The translations under genes and the position numbers were made by a program. From Octopus sinensis (taxonomy: Eukaryota), in assembly GCF_006345805.1 (NCBI RefSeq), contig NC_043006.1, positions 7,316,001 through 7,380,000 of the forward strand: DNA of 64,000 nucleotides, given 5' to 3'. The notes beneath the pieces are model-generated. The model saw only the letters and a program-made list of their open reading frames with translations, was not told where the DNA came from and did not search any database. This document shows, piece after piece, positions 1-12,850 of this stretch. Positions within the stretch are counted from its first letter, which is position 1. Each line of letters begins with the position of its first letter.

Positions 1-612
1 TTTCCAGACGGCCATTATTTGGGAGATCTATTTAATTACTAAACGGCTGTTGTATGCACCGATATGGAGGGAAAGTAACTATCACGGATATAAAATCAGT
101 CGAAACATTTTACAAATACATCTGTGAAAGGTCAAATCAATTAACCAGTTATAGAAATATGAACATTATTTGATTTAACAATCAATGTTAACTCTTTCTC
201 TTCAGCAGTCGCAATGTGATCAATGTTAAGAATACTCGTTTCATTTTATTTTCCAAATGCGCTGAAACAATTTCTGTTAAGACGTAAATCACTGAGTTAG
301 TCTACACCGTAACACGAACAAAATATTTCATGCAGGAAGAATATGTCTAATTAATATTTTCTGAAATTTTACTTATATACAAGACTTCTTTCATGTCCAA
401 GATGTTATGAAAACAACAATTTTACTGTAACTAATAAAATGCTATTTCATTTTAGTACTATCATTAATATTTTTTTCTGACATATATTAAATGCGAAAGG
501 TCTTCAGAGGAAAATTTAGTCAGTTAAATAGATAGACAGCTGTATATTAGTGTTACATATTCTATTGCACCAAAAAGAATGAAACTGTTCGATAACAGAA
601 TGTTAAAGAATA

Positions 613-866
613 CAGTAATCCGTCGACTTTCGCGGTTGTTACGTTCCAAACCCACCCACTCGCGAAAATCCACGAAGTAGAAACAGTACTGTATTGAAAT
701 TTTTTTTTTTATAATCTGTATATATTTATTTTATTATAAATGCAAAATAACACCACAGAGGATTCGACGTAAGCTTAAATAATAAACCACGATAGATGAA
801 CAGCGATAGGTTAACCGTGATAAGTTAACCGCGATAGGTTAACCGCGATATGGCAATGGATTACTG
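613..866. mobile_element. Tigger/pogo-like (Tc1/mariner superfamily) MITE
   Basis: Terminal inverted repeats CAGTAATCC (613) / GGATTACTG (858-866), subterminal CGCGGTT/AACCGCG, TA on the left and GA (decayed TA) on the right; internal GATAGGTTAACCGY repeats at ~805-850. Confidence 0.7.
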
Positions 867-1599
867 GACAACCAGACACTGCAAAACACAAACAATCTGC
901 TAAGGCCTGGAACTGATTCAATAAAAACCTTTCAACCACATTTCACTGATGAGACTAATGAACGAGCAATTTTACTACGCAAACGTGAGCTGATGTGATG
1001 AAAGTGTAGCGACTTACCTCGATATTTCTGTACCTCACAATCTATAAATTAAAACTTGGATTTGTAACTAAAACTTATTCTTCCAGAACTAATAAACCAA
1101 TGTGTAATATGGAAATGGTGTGGTAGGAATTATGCATTGTGTGAAAGTCAGACAAAGTTTGTATCTAGTTTTAAGATCGGATTCATACTTATACGTCTTT
1201 AAACGCGCTTTCTCTACCTTCAGCCCGTTAAATATATCCAGTAATATTATTTGGGTTTCCTTACTTTACAACATGAACAATCCATTAAATTAAAGGGAAT
1301 AGGCATTAAATGAAGAGATGTATATCTTCGAATCTAGTAAACAATGTACCTTTAAATAGTTGTTACAATCGTTCCAGGGTTAGACGTATTAAAGACCCAT
1401 TAGTAATGAGTTTTCCAACGCTGAAAGAAATCGAATGCAAAATAAGTGTACGGAAATGATTACCTTTTTTTTCATCTAGGTCCCTCATATATGAGACAAC
1501 GAGAAATTACGAAATGTATATTAACTCCTTCCATCAGTATATTAGCGGAGAAAGCCTTCAGTCAAAACTGAGGTAACACAGACCATGAATTCGGTTCGC

Positions 1600-1750
1600 T
1601 GCAGTGATCTCCATGAATTTATTCCGGATATCGTTATCGTAAATTAGCGATCTCCAGCAGTTTATCCAATATATTTTTATCGTTCATACAACGATCTCTG
1701 TGGTGGTAATGCGATGATATTCGTGAATTTATCCAATATATTTTTATCGT
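1600..1750. repeat. Degenerate short tandem duplication
   Basis: TTTATCCAATATATTTTTATCGT occurs at ~1661 and ~1728; GATCTC recurs three times. Confidence 0.45.
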
Positions 1751-2421
1751 AATGTTTTCATTAATAGATTTCCCTGTCTGAAAAATTCTCTTCAATGGGA
1801 AAGTCAGTATCTAATTATTATTAACTATTTAATATTCCGTTTATTAATTAACGTAATTAAAACCACAAAGAATTAATTCCATATTTATGCAACGTGAGGA
1901 AAGAATTCCTGAGTATTACCAGGTTACGATAATAAACATATTTCCTGAAGTTGCATGTATAATGTGGTACTTCCTTGTAGTTTTGATTACGCTAGTTATT
2001 AAATAAATATATTTAGTATTTAGTATATTAAACAAGTTCCAACATTTCGCAGAAATATTATTGCAGCAGTTTTGATTCAGAGACTGCTGAGCGAGAGAGA
2101 AACAATATTCTCATTTAATACAAAACTTAAAGGACCAGGGATGTGAGTCAACTATCTCGAACATTTGTAACCATTTAATTTTCGATGCATTAGTGACTGT
2201 TTCAATTTCACAGCTCAAAGAACAAAAATGAAATCTGAAGCCTTGATGTAATGCATCGAGATGCAATCAACCAGGAAGGAGTCCTCATGCTTCTCAGTAC
2301 AACATCCGTATGATTAATTGTACTTTACACTAAACTTTATTGATAGTCATGTTAAATATATTGTACATTCATTGCTACAGTGGTGAGTGTTCAACCAAAT
2401 AGAACCCAGCTATAGTGAAAC

Positions 2422-3120
2422 ATTTGGCAGATTGCACAAACGTGTTTGGCACAATAATAACCCGAAGAACAAAACAAAGGTCAGTGTCTACAGGGCCGTG
2501 GTTCTCACCACTCTTCTCTATGGCTCAGAGACCTGGATCACTTACCGCAGTCACATCCGTCTCCTCGAGCGCTTCCACTTGCGGTGTCTCCGCACCATCC
2601 TCAATATACACGGGTGTGACTTCGTTACAAACATTGAAGTCTTGGTACGGGCCGAGATACCCAGCATTGAAGCCATGCTACTGAAGTCCCACCTCCGATG
2701 GGCAGGGCATGTCTCCAGAATGGAGAACCATCGCCTTCCTAAGATTCCCCTGTTTGGCGAACTCTCCACTGGCCACCGTGTGAGAGGAGCTCCAAGGAAG
2801 CGTTACAAAGACTGCCTCAAGAAGTCTCTAACAGCGACCACCAATGCTGGTCAGACCTGGCTGCGGACCGTGATGTCTGGCGCCACACGATCATCAACGC
2901 AGTCAGCAAGTTTGAGGAACAAAGAAGTGACGCGCTTAAAGACAAGAGACGCAGGAGGAAGACGCGAGCCGCTCTGATACCACACCGGATGTTACCTTCG
3001 TCTGTGGACACTGTTCACAGACCTGCTTTTCCCGTATCGAACCTGTGAGACATGAGCGTGCATGCACACGACGTGGACAGCCCTCCTGATCTTCGTTCGC
3101 GAAGCCGAGCCATGATGATG
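2422..3120 (+). mobile_element. 5'-truncated RTE-clade (BovB-like) LINE
   Basis: Translation FGRLHKRVW..VYRAVVLTTLLYGSETW..LRWAGHVSRM..RGAPRKRYKDCLK, then (frameshifted) CGHCSQTC..HERAC finger; 3' end GATCTTCGTTCGCGAAGCCGAGCC plus (ATG)n tail; 10-bp target-site duplication ATAGTGAAAC at 2412-2421 and 3121-3130. Confidence 0.92.
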
Positions 3121-3499
3121 ATAGTGAAACCGACTTATTATTGTAATAATTAAATGTCTTTTTCCAAGCCATATAGTGAGATGGTTTGATCGGGTTCCCT
3201 TCGCTCAGTAGTCTGAGAATCTGAGAATCGGTCAATAAAAGCAGATTCAGTTCAGTTTTAATTGTTTTTAAGGTTACTGACCTGTGTTTGGTTTATGAGG
3301 AATAGTTTCCAAGTTACGACCACATCATATTTCTTACATTCAACTCTGTATTTGAAATTCTAACATCAACTCTATTGTACCCGTTTGCTTTGGTTTAAAT
3401 TACCATCTTGTTTCAACGCCAGGTGATAACATTATTGAATCTGCTGCAGTCAATGCATCTTTTGTGTTTTATACCAGTATTCCTGCAGTTGATGCTTCA

Positions 3500-3701
3500 A
3501 ATATTGTTGCCAATACTGCTAATGCGGCAACTACTACTAATACAACTACAATCACTACTACTACCACTATTATTACTGCTGCTGTTACTGCTGCCGGTGC
3601 TTATACTACTACTACTACTACTACTACTACTGCTGCTGCTGCTATTACTACTGCTACTACTACTACTACTACTACTACTACTGCTGCTGCTATTACTACT
3701 G

Positions 3702-3738
<37 letters not shown>

Positions 3739-3776
3739 CACTATTTCTACTGCTGCTGTTACTGCTGCCGCTCCTT

Positions 3777-3837
<61 letters not shown>

Positions 3838-3915
3838 TATAACTACTGCTGCCGCTGCTTCTACTACTACTACTCCTACTCCTCCTCCTCCTCCTACTAC
3901 TACCTCCATCACCAT
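3500..3915. repeat. Compound (ACT)n/(GCT)n/(CCT)n triplet microsatellite
   Basis: Direct inspection; explains the poly-Thr/Leu/Val ORFs in the track. Confidence 0.95.
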
Positions 3916-4051
3916 TTATGCGAGGACCACTTGCTCTATTAACACTTATACTGAAGGTTTGTCCCCCCTACTTAAATATTTCAGCAGCAACAAAAAGTAT
4001 TATTTTTTGAAATCCCCACTAAACCACTTAGATTTTCTTGCTATTAGACAA

Positions 4052-4200
4052 GTTGTTCGGCCAAAGAGACAGATAGAATAAGTACTAGGCCTTACAAAGA
4101 TTAAGTCCTGGGAGCGATTTCTTCAACTAAAAACCTTTAAGGCGGTGCTCCAGCATGGCCGCCGTCAAATGACCGAAACAATTAAAAGAATAAAAAAAAG
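4052..4200 (+). mobile_element. SINE family A, 3' fragment
   Basis: Matches GATAGAATAAGTACT..GGCGGTGCTCCAGCATGGCCGC..TGACTGAAAC 3' part of the full copies. Confidence 0.85.
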
Positions 4201-4723
4201 CACACCTCGTAACTATTTTACGTCCCTTAGAAAATAAGTAAAGTAACCCGCATTCAGAAACGAACCCCAACACTACCACTAATGAGATGCCGGAATTTCT
4301 TTTGTCAGCAAAACCAAAATAATTCTGATATAATGCGAAGTACATGTTAAAATATATCGAGTGCTAAGCTATTAATAATTCTTCCCTGACGGCAATATAC
4401 GTTAAAACTTTCATTTTACAGCATCTTTAACATTGGTTTTCAGTTTAGGAATAATATCGCCTAGTTTAGCTTCTTACATTTATTCGTACGAAAATGTATT
4501 TTTATCGCCATATATTCCGTTTTTTTTTTTTTTTTAATATTCATTGTTTTTTGTCGTGACACAGTCATTGAAAGTTTAGCAGAAATGATTTTTCTTTTTG
4601 TTTTTTAACGATGCAAATCTGAGATAATTATATAACTAAGCCGTTTTGTTTTTTTTCATAAGTCGGAAAACATAATGATCAGGCAATTGTCAAACAGATA
4701 TATTCTTGTTACATACATGTTGA

Positions 4724-4975
4724 ACTCTTTACTCTTTTACTCTTTTACTTGTTTCAGTCATTTGACTGTGGCCATGCTGGAGCACCGCCTTTAATCGAGC
4801 AAATCGACCCCGGAACTTATTCTTTTTGTTAGCCCAGTACTTATTCTATCGGTCTCTTTTGCCGAACCGCTAAGTGACGGGGACGTAAACACACCAGCAT
4901 CGGTTGTCAGGCAATGCTAGGGGGACAAACACAGACACACACACACATACACATATATATATACATATATACGAC
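4724..4975 (-). mobile_element. SINE family A, 3' half
   Basis: (GTAAAAGA)n tail and body nearly identical to 5040-5300; stops at the central (TA)/(TG) tract. Confidence 0.9.
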
Positions 4976-5039
4976 AGGGAGAATTTGGAGTATAAGAACT
5001 GCGCGCCACCATCAACTCACAATCTGAGCCCGTATATAC

Positions 5040-5459
5040 TCTCTCTTTTACTCTTTTACTCTTTTACTTGTTTCAGTCATTTGACTGCGGCCATGCTGGA
5101 GCACCGCCTTTAATCGAGCAACTCGACCCCGGGACTTATTCTTTTTGTAAGCCCAGTACTTATTCTATCGGTCTCTTTTGCCGAACCGCTAAGTGACGGG
5201 GACGTAAACACACCAGCATCGGTTGTCAGGCAATGCTAGGGGAACAAACACAGACACACAAACACACACACATACACATATATATATACATATATACGAC
5301 AGGCTTCTTTCAGTTTCCGTCTACCAAATCCACTCACAAGGCATTGGTCGGCCCGGGGCTATAGCAGAAGACATTCGCCCAAGATGCCACGCAGTGGGAC
5401 TGAACCCGGAACCATGTGGTTGGTTAGCAAGCTACTTACCACACAGCCACTCCTGCGCC
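5040..5459 (-). mobile_element. SINE family A, full length (tRNA-derived octopus SINE)
   Basis: Head GGCGCAGGAGTGGCTGTGTGG (A-box-like) and GGTTCAGTCCC (B-box-like), central microsatellite, (GTAAAAGA)n tail; more than ten related copies in the window. Confidence 0.93.
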
Positions 5460-5672
5460 TAAATACCTTTTGCATATGCTATATTACTTTACACCGTGAG
5501 CTCACATTCCGCTGAGCTATCAATCTTCTTTCATAATTCTAAGACGGATACAATAATTCCAGCGAAGTTATGCAATCGATTTAATCGACTATACTCCTCT
5601 TCCAGCATCGTGTTAACCTCATAAAGTCCTAATTTTCATATTTGTATTTCTTATAGATATAAGATCTACGCA

Positions 5673-5997
5673 GTGAGGGCGCGTGGCTTAGTGGTTAGGG
5701 CATTCGGCTCATGATCGTAAGGTTGTGACTTCGATTCCCGGCGACGCGTTGTGTCCTTGAGCAAGACACTTTATTTCACGTTGCTCCAGTCCACTCAGCT
5801 GGCAAAAATGAGTTGTACTTGTATTTCAAAGGGTCAGCCTTGTCACTCTCTGTGTCACGCTGATTATCCCCGAGAACTACGTTAAGGGTACACGTGTCTG
5901 TGGAATGCTCAGCCATTTGCACGTTAATTTCACGAGAAGCTGTTCCGTTGATCGTATCAGCTGGGACCCTCATCGTCGTAACCGGCGGAGTCTTTTA
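5673..5997 (+). mobile_element. SINE family C, full length (tRNA-derived, CORE-like GTGTCCTTGAGCAAGACACTT)
   Basis: A box TGGCTTAGTGG, B box ACTTCGATTCC; 12-bp TSD AAGATCTACGCA at 5661-5672 and 5998-6009; second copy at 44742-45070. Confidence 0.92.
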
Positions 5998-7034
5998 AAG
6001 ATCTACGCAACTAATTGATTACCTGAGGAATGTTGGAACGTCAAATATACTGAGAGAGAACTCAAGTCAATCGAAGGAATCGCCCTCAGAAGTTACTGTA
6101 ACGACATAAGCTATGTATTAGACTCCTCACATATATATTGGCGGAGTGCATGCTAGAGGACTGAACTAATCCAAATTCTTTCTGAACTGTGCCTTTATGT
6201 TGCTGGTTTGTTGGTGTTCAGGTATAAAGTTAGTGAAAGTTGTTTTATATATTAAAATATGCAAGAAGAATCGCACATAAGATATGGAACCATAACAGCG
6301 AAGCAAAATATACCAATTATAGCAACGCAGGCGCTGAAATAATTTTCTGAAGAATAGTTTATTTCAAGTTTAAATGACGAAATAACCAAATTAATCTAAT
6401 AATAAATTAAACTTCATTCTATAATTAATTTCAATTATGTAATCTTCATGACTTTCTGCTTTTGAAAACAATGTATTTATGAACTAAAATAAATACTTAA
6501 CTTGTAATTGTTATTGTTTTGCCAATATCAGGAATCGAAGATACCATAAGAACATAATAGAATATAGTATAAAGGTCGTCCACCTTCAGATTTCACCCTG
6601 TGCTATCCAGTAATAATATTATACGTAGTTCCAGGTTTGCGTACAGGGATCTGTCGAGTGTGAATATATAATTGAAAAAAATTGGATTCAACAAGGAATA
6701 TTGTTGGACATTTATTTCCTATCACTACAATTGTTTCCACGTAACGTAGTTCTCCAGGCGTGCAGGTACTTTATCATGCAACCGTTTCCCTGCATTATGA
6801 GATCTAGTTGTGTTTCCTCAGACGATATATAAATATTGTCTCCGTATTTAGTAGTAGTCACCGATCTTATGAAGGTGTTGGCAAACTGCTTTGAATGTGT
6901 AGATGTAATGGGATAGTGATTCTGCTACTGTTAAAGTGATTTCGGTGAAAACAATTGTAATGACAAAAAATAAATGTGCAACCGTACGCCAAATCTTTTC
7001 AATTTTATATATTGTTAAATCCAAATATTTTCGA

Positions 7035-7058
7035 TTTTATATATATATACATAGATAG

Positions 7059-7131
<73 letters not shown>

Positions 7132-7190
7132 GTGTGTGTGTGTGTGGTGTGTGTGTGTGTGTGTGTCTGTGCACGTGCTTGTGTGCGTAT
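7035..7190. repeat. (TA)n-(TG)n microsatellite (one of many such tracts)
   Basis: Direct inspection. Confidence 0.95.
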
Positions 7191-7375
7191 GAAAAAATAA
7201 GTCGAACATAAAAATAAATATTAGTATATATATACATATATGTATAAATAAATAAATATATATATATGATACATACATACATACATACATATATATATTA
7301 TATATACATATATATATATATATGCGGAACAGGGTGGAAAAAATAATACTCGAATACCAGAAGTAGAGTAATAGG

Positions 7376-7539
7376 CTTTATTAAAAGTAGCAAAAATATC
7401 GCAAAAACTGTTACTCAGAGTATCAAGCTCTCGTTCGTCGGACAGTTTTGTTTAGATTCTAAACAAAATCGTCAGACGCGCGAGAACGTGAAACTCTGAG
7501 TAACAATTTTTGTGATATTTTCGCTTCTTTTTAATAAAG
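7376..7539. repeat. Foldback inverted repeat, probably Penelope-like
   Basis: Imperfect arms CTTTATTAAAAG..TTACTCAGAGT / ACTCTGAGTAA..TAATAAAG with central TTTTGTTTAGA-T-TCTAAACAAAA; decayed CTGACGA..GAAAC-like motifs on both arms; flanked by (TA)n. Confidence 0.8.
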
Positions 7540-7600
<61 letters not shown>

Positions 7601-7814
7601 AAATTTTAAACATAATATGTGCGTATGAGTGCGAGCATGCATGGATTAGGTTGTATAAATCAGTTCATTTCTTTCCAATCTAATTTGAATTAACTCGAAA
7701 GCGTTTTATGTTTTACTGTAGCTCTGTTTTTTTTTATCAACAACTTTTGTTTATTGCTTTTGAAATTTGAATGACTATTACCAACTCTCAGACATATGAC
7801 GACGTAATGCAGAG

Positions 7815-8230
7815 TAGAAAGTAATGAACATTTTCGACATCTGCTCCTCTTCGCTTTCAATAATGATTCCAAAGTTGCCAAATCTGCTCGAGATATTTGA
7901 GCTGTTTACGGATGTGGCGCAATTACTGAAAGAAATTCACAGAAATGATTCACGCTTTTCAAGGTGGAGAAATTCTATCCGACAGACTCTTCACACTGCC
8001 GCCAACATGTTCATTTCCATGCGTATCAACTGAACGCGTTGTCTGGCCTGGTAGACGGAATTGTCCCATGATACTGTCAACCGTCACCTTCATTCAATGA
8101 ATATGATAAAAAAAAAACGCTTTGCATGGGTATTACACGCTCTAAGCCAAAGAAACAATCTCTAGCATCCATGTCGTTAATTTGACCCAAATACTGTTCA
8201 GGAGCGCTCTGGAAACTTCAACCGCATCCA
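7815..8230 (+). pseudogene. Decayed mariner transposase, N-terminal HTH region
   Basis: Frame reads NEHFRHLLLFAFNNDSKVAKSARDI*AVYGCGAITERNSQK*FTLFK, matching the mariner HFRHxLLFxF..AARxIxAVYG..W-F pattern with stops. Confidence 0.8.
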
Positions 8231-8289
8231 CCGTATTCTCCTCAAATTCTGCCTTCAAATAGTTACTGTTGCATGTGTGTATGTGCGCA

Positions 8290-8505
8290 TATGAGCGTGC
8301 GTTTATGCCTGTGTCTGTCCCCCACCATCGTTTCGCAACCAGTGCTGTTGTTTTTCTGTCTCCTTAACTTAGCTGTTCGCCTAAAAACTGGTAGGATATA
8401 TACCATGCTTAAAAGCATAAGTACTGGGTTCGATTCATTTGACTAAGAATTCATCAAGGCAGTGCCCCAGCATAGTCACAATCTACTGACTGAAACAAAT
8501 AGAAA
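8290..8505 (+). mobile_element. Old diverged SINE family A-related 3' half
   Basis: Diverged match to AACTTAGCGGTTCG..AAGTACTGGGGTCGAT..GGTGCCCCAGCATGG..TGACTGAAAC. Confidence 0.7.
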
Positions 8506-8619
8506 CAATGTAAAACTTATGTATATATACGTATATAAGTTGAGGTAGAGTGTATAATATGATGGCTTATATGAGCAAAATTTCCTCCACTACATAGCTG
8601 TTCCAAATTCAAATATATC

Positions 8620-8846
8620 TATTTCTTTACTACCCACAAGGGGCCAAACACAGAGGGGACAAACAAGGACAGTCAGACGGATTAAGTCGATTACATTGAC
8701 CCCAGTACGCAACTGGTACGTATTTAATCGAATCCGAAAGGATGAAAGGCAAAGTCGACCTCGGCGGAACTTGAACCCAGAACGCAGCGGCAGACGAAAT
8801 ACCGCCAAGCATTTCGCCCGGCGTGCTAACGATTCTGCCAGCCCGC
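8620..8846 (-). mobile_element. SINE family B, monomer
   Basis: GCTGGCAGAATCGTTAGCACGCCGGGCGAAATG head, GGGTTCAAGTTCC B box, GCCTTTCATCCTTTCGG core; long TSD (GC)TGTTCCAAATTCAAATATATC ending at 8619 and 8867. Confidence 0.93.
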
Positions 8847-9188
8847 TGTTCCAAATTCAAATATATCAACATCCTATTCAGCGGGGTCATATATTTCGAA
8901 CGTTTCATCTTACGGAAGTTACAGTACATCATGAAATCATTGAATAACGCCCATGAAGATTCAAGATTATTTATAAAAGTTGAGAAACCTCGTCTGAGAC
9001 TTTAAAATAGATATTTGTATATATTTTTTGTTTGTTCAATTCGTCATTTCGGTTTTATCTTAATCGATAACCGTATTCGATTAATAATATATTTGTAAAC
9101 AGAATGGTGTACATACAAAATATTGCTATTGATTTTGAGATTGTTATATCTATTATCCAATTTCAAAGCAGTAAAAACAAGACGGCAA

Positions 9189-9370
9189 TACTGACGTCAG
9201 TAACAAAAAATAATAATATGCAAAACACAATTTTTTTTTCAATCACAATCGTAAGATAAATATTTGCTATTCGTTCAAAAGAAAGTTTCAAGTTTTAATA
9301 TCTTACATAATTGATTTCGGCGGCAAGCGACGTAGATCGGTACTAAACTTATACTGACGTAAACCAATCA
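9189..9370. promoter_or_regulatory. Possible promoter-like motif cluster (CRE palindrome, CRE half-site, CCAAT)
   Basis: TACTGACGTCAGTA 14-bp perfect palindrome at 9189-9202; TACTGACGTAA at ~9352; CCAATCA at 9364. No transcript evidence. Confidence 0.2.
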
Positions 9371-10299
9371 CCCTGTCTCTATCGTATTTCTAAAGAATTT
9401 TTTTTAAACTTGTGTCAATATTTTTTTTCTTTCGGAATGGTTACCAATGTTACTAAAAAAAACATTTTCTCTCTTCCATCTATTTTTGGATAGCAATCAC
9501 GAAGAAATATTGGCAATAAAAGATGATTGTGATAACTCATAGGTAACTTTCAAACCGACTATCTATAAGACGATTTAAAAGGCATTACTGACAAATGAAC
9601 CTCAGTTTTCCCCGCTTCCAGAAAAATAAATCAGAGATATCATTTTCGTATTGAAACCTATTCCTATTCCTCATGGTGAAGTTGGGGAAAGATCCTAAAG
9701 ACTGTATACTTCAATCACTGTTCACATCAATAGAAATAGTAATGTGTTACTAATATACCCGTAAAAATTGTACTAATATTTCATCCACTAATTTCATATT
9801 TCCGAACAGCTTCGAGCCTATTTTCTCCTGGAATAAATTAATAATGCGATTCGCAATTTCGTGTAAGTAGTAGAGAACGTTTAAATCAGATACACTTACA
9901 AATTGTTATATGAACCAGAGGAATTCTCGCTTCAGTGAGAACGAAGTATTTTGAAGTAAATCTTTCTATGATTTTATGAAATCGGAGTGGAAAGTGCTAG
10001 CCTGAATTTGATTTTGATATACTCTCAAAGTCAACGAGGTAGAACAAATTCATGTTATTTAAAATTTATTGTATGAAGTATGTATAAGTTGCTAGATACC
10101 TTGTTAAAAATATATAACGCTTTGGAAGCCTGTGTGTACATACACACACACACATATACACTTACACACAAACAAACACACACACACATATATATGTGTG
10201 TATATACAGATAGATACATACATACTTATTCATATGTTTATAAACATATGATATATACACACACATATATATACATATATATATATTTAAAATTTAATA

Positions 10300-10600
10300 A
10301 TGGTAGAAATTGATATTAATCAATTAAAACCAGTGGCCCAGTATATTAAAAAAATCCGAAGATTAAAATATTTTACATACAAAATTTAAAGGACTGACCA
10401 CTAAAAGTGGACGGTCAACATGCTAGATATAGACGTCAAATCGCTATTTTATATATAAATATATATATATAGCAATAAGAAAATGGAGGGGATCAGGGAT
10501 ACCAGTAATTATTATAAAATGACATGCATGAATATAAATTGGGAAAATAACTTACAGCTGTTTCAGCCAAGAGTTAAAAATACCTCATTCTACCTTTATT
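10300..10600 (-). mobile_element. Possible Penelope-like terminal remnant
   Basis: Minus strand has GAAACAGCTGTA (GAAA plus palindromic stem III plus GTA) preceded by a decayed core; bounded by (TA)n. Confidence 0.3.
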
Positions 10601-10920
10601 ACTTACGTAGACTGAAGTAATAGGTTGATGGAATTGATATATATGCAGACGTTGCTTTGTAATGTGTGTCTTTGTTTCTCTGTCTGTCCGCCGCCACTGC
10701 TTGACATCCACTGTAACTTAGCAGTTCAGCCACAGATATGAAATAAATATCAAGCTTCGAAATACTAAATACGGGAGTCGATTCATTCGGCTAAAATTCT
10801 TCAAGGTGATTTCCCAGAATCTAAAAGACGACTTAAAAGGCATAAATGCCAAGAGAGCTTCATTTTTTCCCCGCCAGAAACGTGTGTGTGTGTGTGAGTA
10901 TCTGTGTGTCTGTGTCTGTA

Positions 10921-10951
<31 letters not shown>

Positions 10952-11375
10952 GTGTGTGCGTTTGTGGATGTGTGTACAACGAAAGAGAAAATGAATTGGG
11001 GAAGAGAAAGAAAGCACAGTTTGTGAACGATACAAGATTAGAGCGTTATCAACGAAACGAAGCAGAATCAGTAGAAAAAGAGAGAAACGTTTTAGAACGC
11101 ATATAAAACTTTTGCTGAATAAACTGTGGTAGAATACAGTTTATAAATAATCTCACAGACAGCCAAACAACCAGCGGATAAGCTGATCTAACTCCGACAT
11201 ACTGATATCTCATTGATATACCTCTAACTTTCCGACTGAAGCCATCCACAGTTTCAGAGTAAGAAATATCCATAACACAAACGGTTAAAAGTTTTATGAC
11301 GTAGTATATACAAAAACACACGCATCCTGACATGTTAGTCTGTGTCTTTATGTATGTCTGTGTGATTGTGTGTAT

Positions 11376-11427
<52 letters not shown>

Positions 11428-11446
11428 ATATATATATATATATATA

Positions 11447-11851
11447 TTCTCTTTTCTTTTACTCTCTTTTACTTGTTTCAGTCATTTTGACTGCGGCCAT
11501 GCTGGAGCACCGCCTTTAGTCGAAGAAATCGACCCCGGGACTTATTCTTTGTAAGCCCAGTACTTATTCTATAGGTTCCTTTTGCCGAACCGCTAAGTGA
11601 CGGGGACGTAAACACGCCAGCATCGGTTGTCAAGCAATGCTAGGGGGACAAACACAGACACACAAACACACACATACATATATATATATACATATAAACG
11701 ACAGGCTTCTTTCAGTTTCCGTCTACCAAATCCACTCACAAGGCATTGGTCGGCCCGGGGCTATAGCAGAAGACACTTGCCCAAGATGCCACGCAGTGGG
11801 ACTGAACCCAGAACCATGTGGTTGGTTAGCAAGCTACTTACCACACAGTCC
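11447..11851 (-). mobile_element. SINE family A, near full length
   Basis: High identity to 5040-5459. Confidence 0.92.
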
Positions 11852-11869
11852 TATATATATATATATGTG

Positions 11870-11912
<43 letters not shown>

Positions 11913-12229
11913 CAGGGGCGTGCTGCCTAGGTAGGCACTACCTTGAAAAAATAGATTGATAGCAACATTTTCCTTTTATGGCAAAATATGATCCTAGCTC
12001 AATAAAATTATGAAGGTTAATCTGATTACTACGCATAAAATGCAATATATATCCATTTTTTAAAGATAAGGTAGGCATAATTCACCCCTGCCTTTCAATC
12101 TCAGTATTTAAGCTACGCATAGTAACTGCTGTAGTACACGTGGTGTGTACATTCCTACAACGTCGTCTCCTTTACGTGCTATGAAGGCAGATGTAAATCT
12201 GCATTCAACTCAGTCGCGCACCTGTATAT

Positions 12230-12660
12230 ATATATACTGTTTTTACCCCTCTGCAAAGGAATTTTATTTAATTCTTTCGCAGGAAGGACTAGTTCGACGA
12301 GGCGCGTTCTGTCCTCACCTTCGAAACACGGTGGAGTTGAACTAGGGACAGCTGATGCAGGGGATTTTTCCTTGTGCAGTGGTCTTGTACTCTGTTTTTT
12401 CGTTGTTAAAAAAATGGTCCGTTCCATGCTGTTTTTACTTTTTCGTTTCTCGTTGAGTTCTACGTCTATTTGTGGTGTCCTATACACACGTATATATATT
12501 TATATATGCATGTATATATACATGTAGATGTAGGTACGTACATATATGTTTGTATGTATGCATCTATTTTATTTATTACACTATTGTATGACTGAGCGCC
12601 CTCGCGTCTATTCGATTCGTTTCGTTTGGTTTCGTTTCTTCTTCTACTCTAAGCTGGTTC
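12230..12660 (+). mobile_element. Possible Penelope-like remnant with hammerhead-like motif
   Basis: CTAGTTC-GACGAGG..CCTTCGAAACACGGTG..GAACTAG at ~12289-12344; bounded by (TA)n. Confidence 0.35.
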
Positions 12661-12714
12661 ATATATATATATATAGATAGATAGACAGACAGGTCGGTAT
12701 GTACTTTGATAAGT

Positions 12715-12850
12715 AGGTAGGTAGGTAGGTAGTAGGTAGGTAGGTAGGTATGTAGGTAGGTAGGTAGGTAGGTAGCTAGGTAACTAGGTAGGTAGGTAGA
12801 CAGGAGGCAGGCTGGTAGGTAAGTAGACAGACAGATAGATAGATATATAG
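12715..12850. repeat. (GGTA)n/(GATA)n microsatellite
   Basis: Direct inspection. Confidence 0.9.

Noticed and set aside
3408-4081. 205-aa Thr/Ala-rich ORF as a mucin-like gene
   Set aside because: It is the translation of an (ACT)n/(GCT)n microsatellite and runs into a SINE fragment; no splice or signal-peptide support.
5677-5745. tRNA genes at SINE heads (also 42948, 55939, 56586, 63914)
   Set aside because: Pol III boxes are present but they continue into SINE bodies and I could not fold full cloverleaves.
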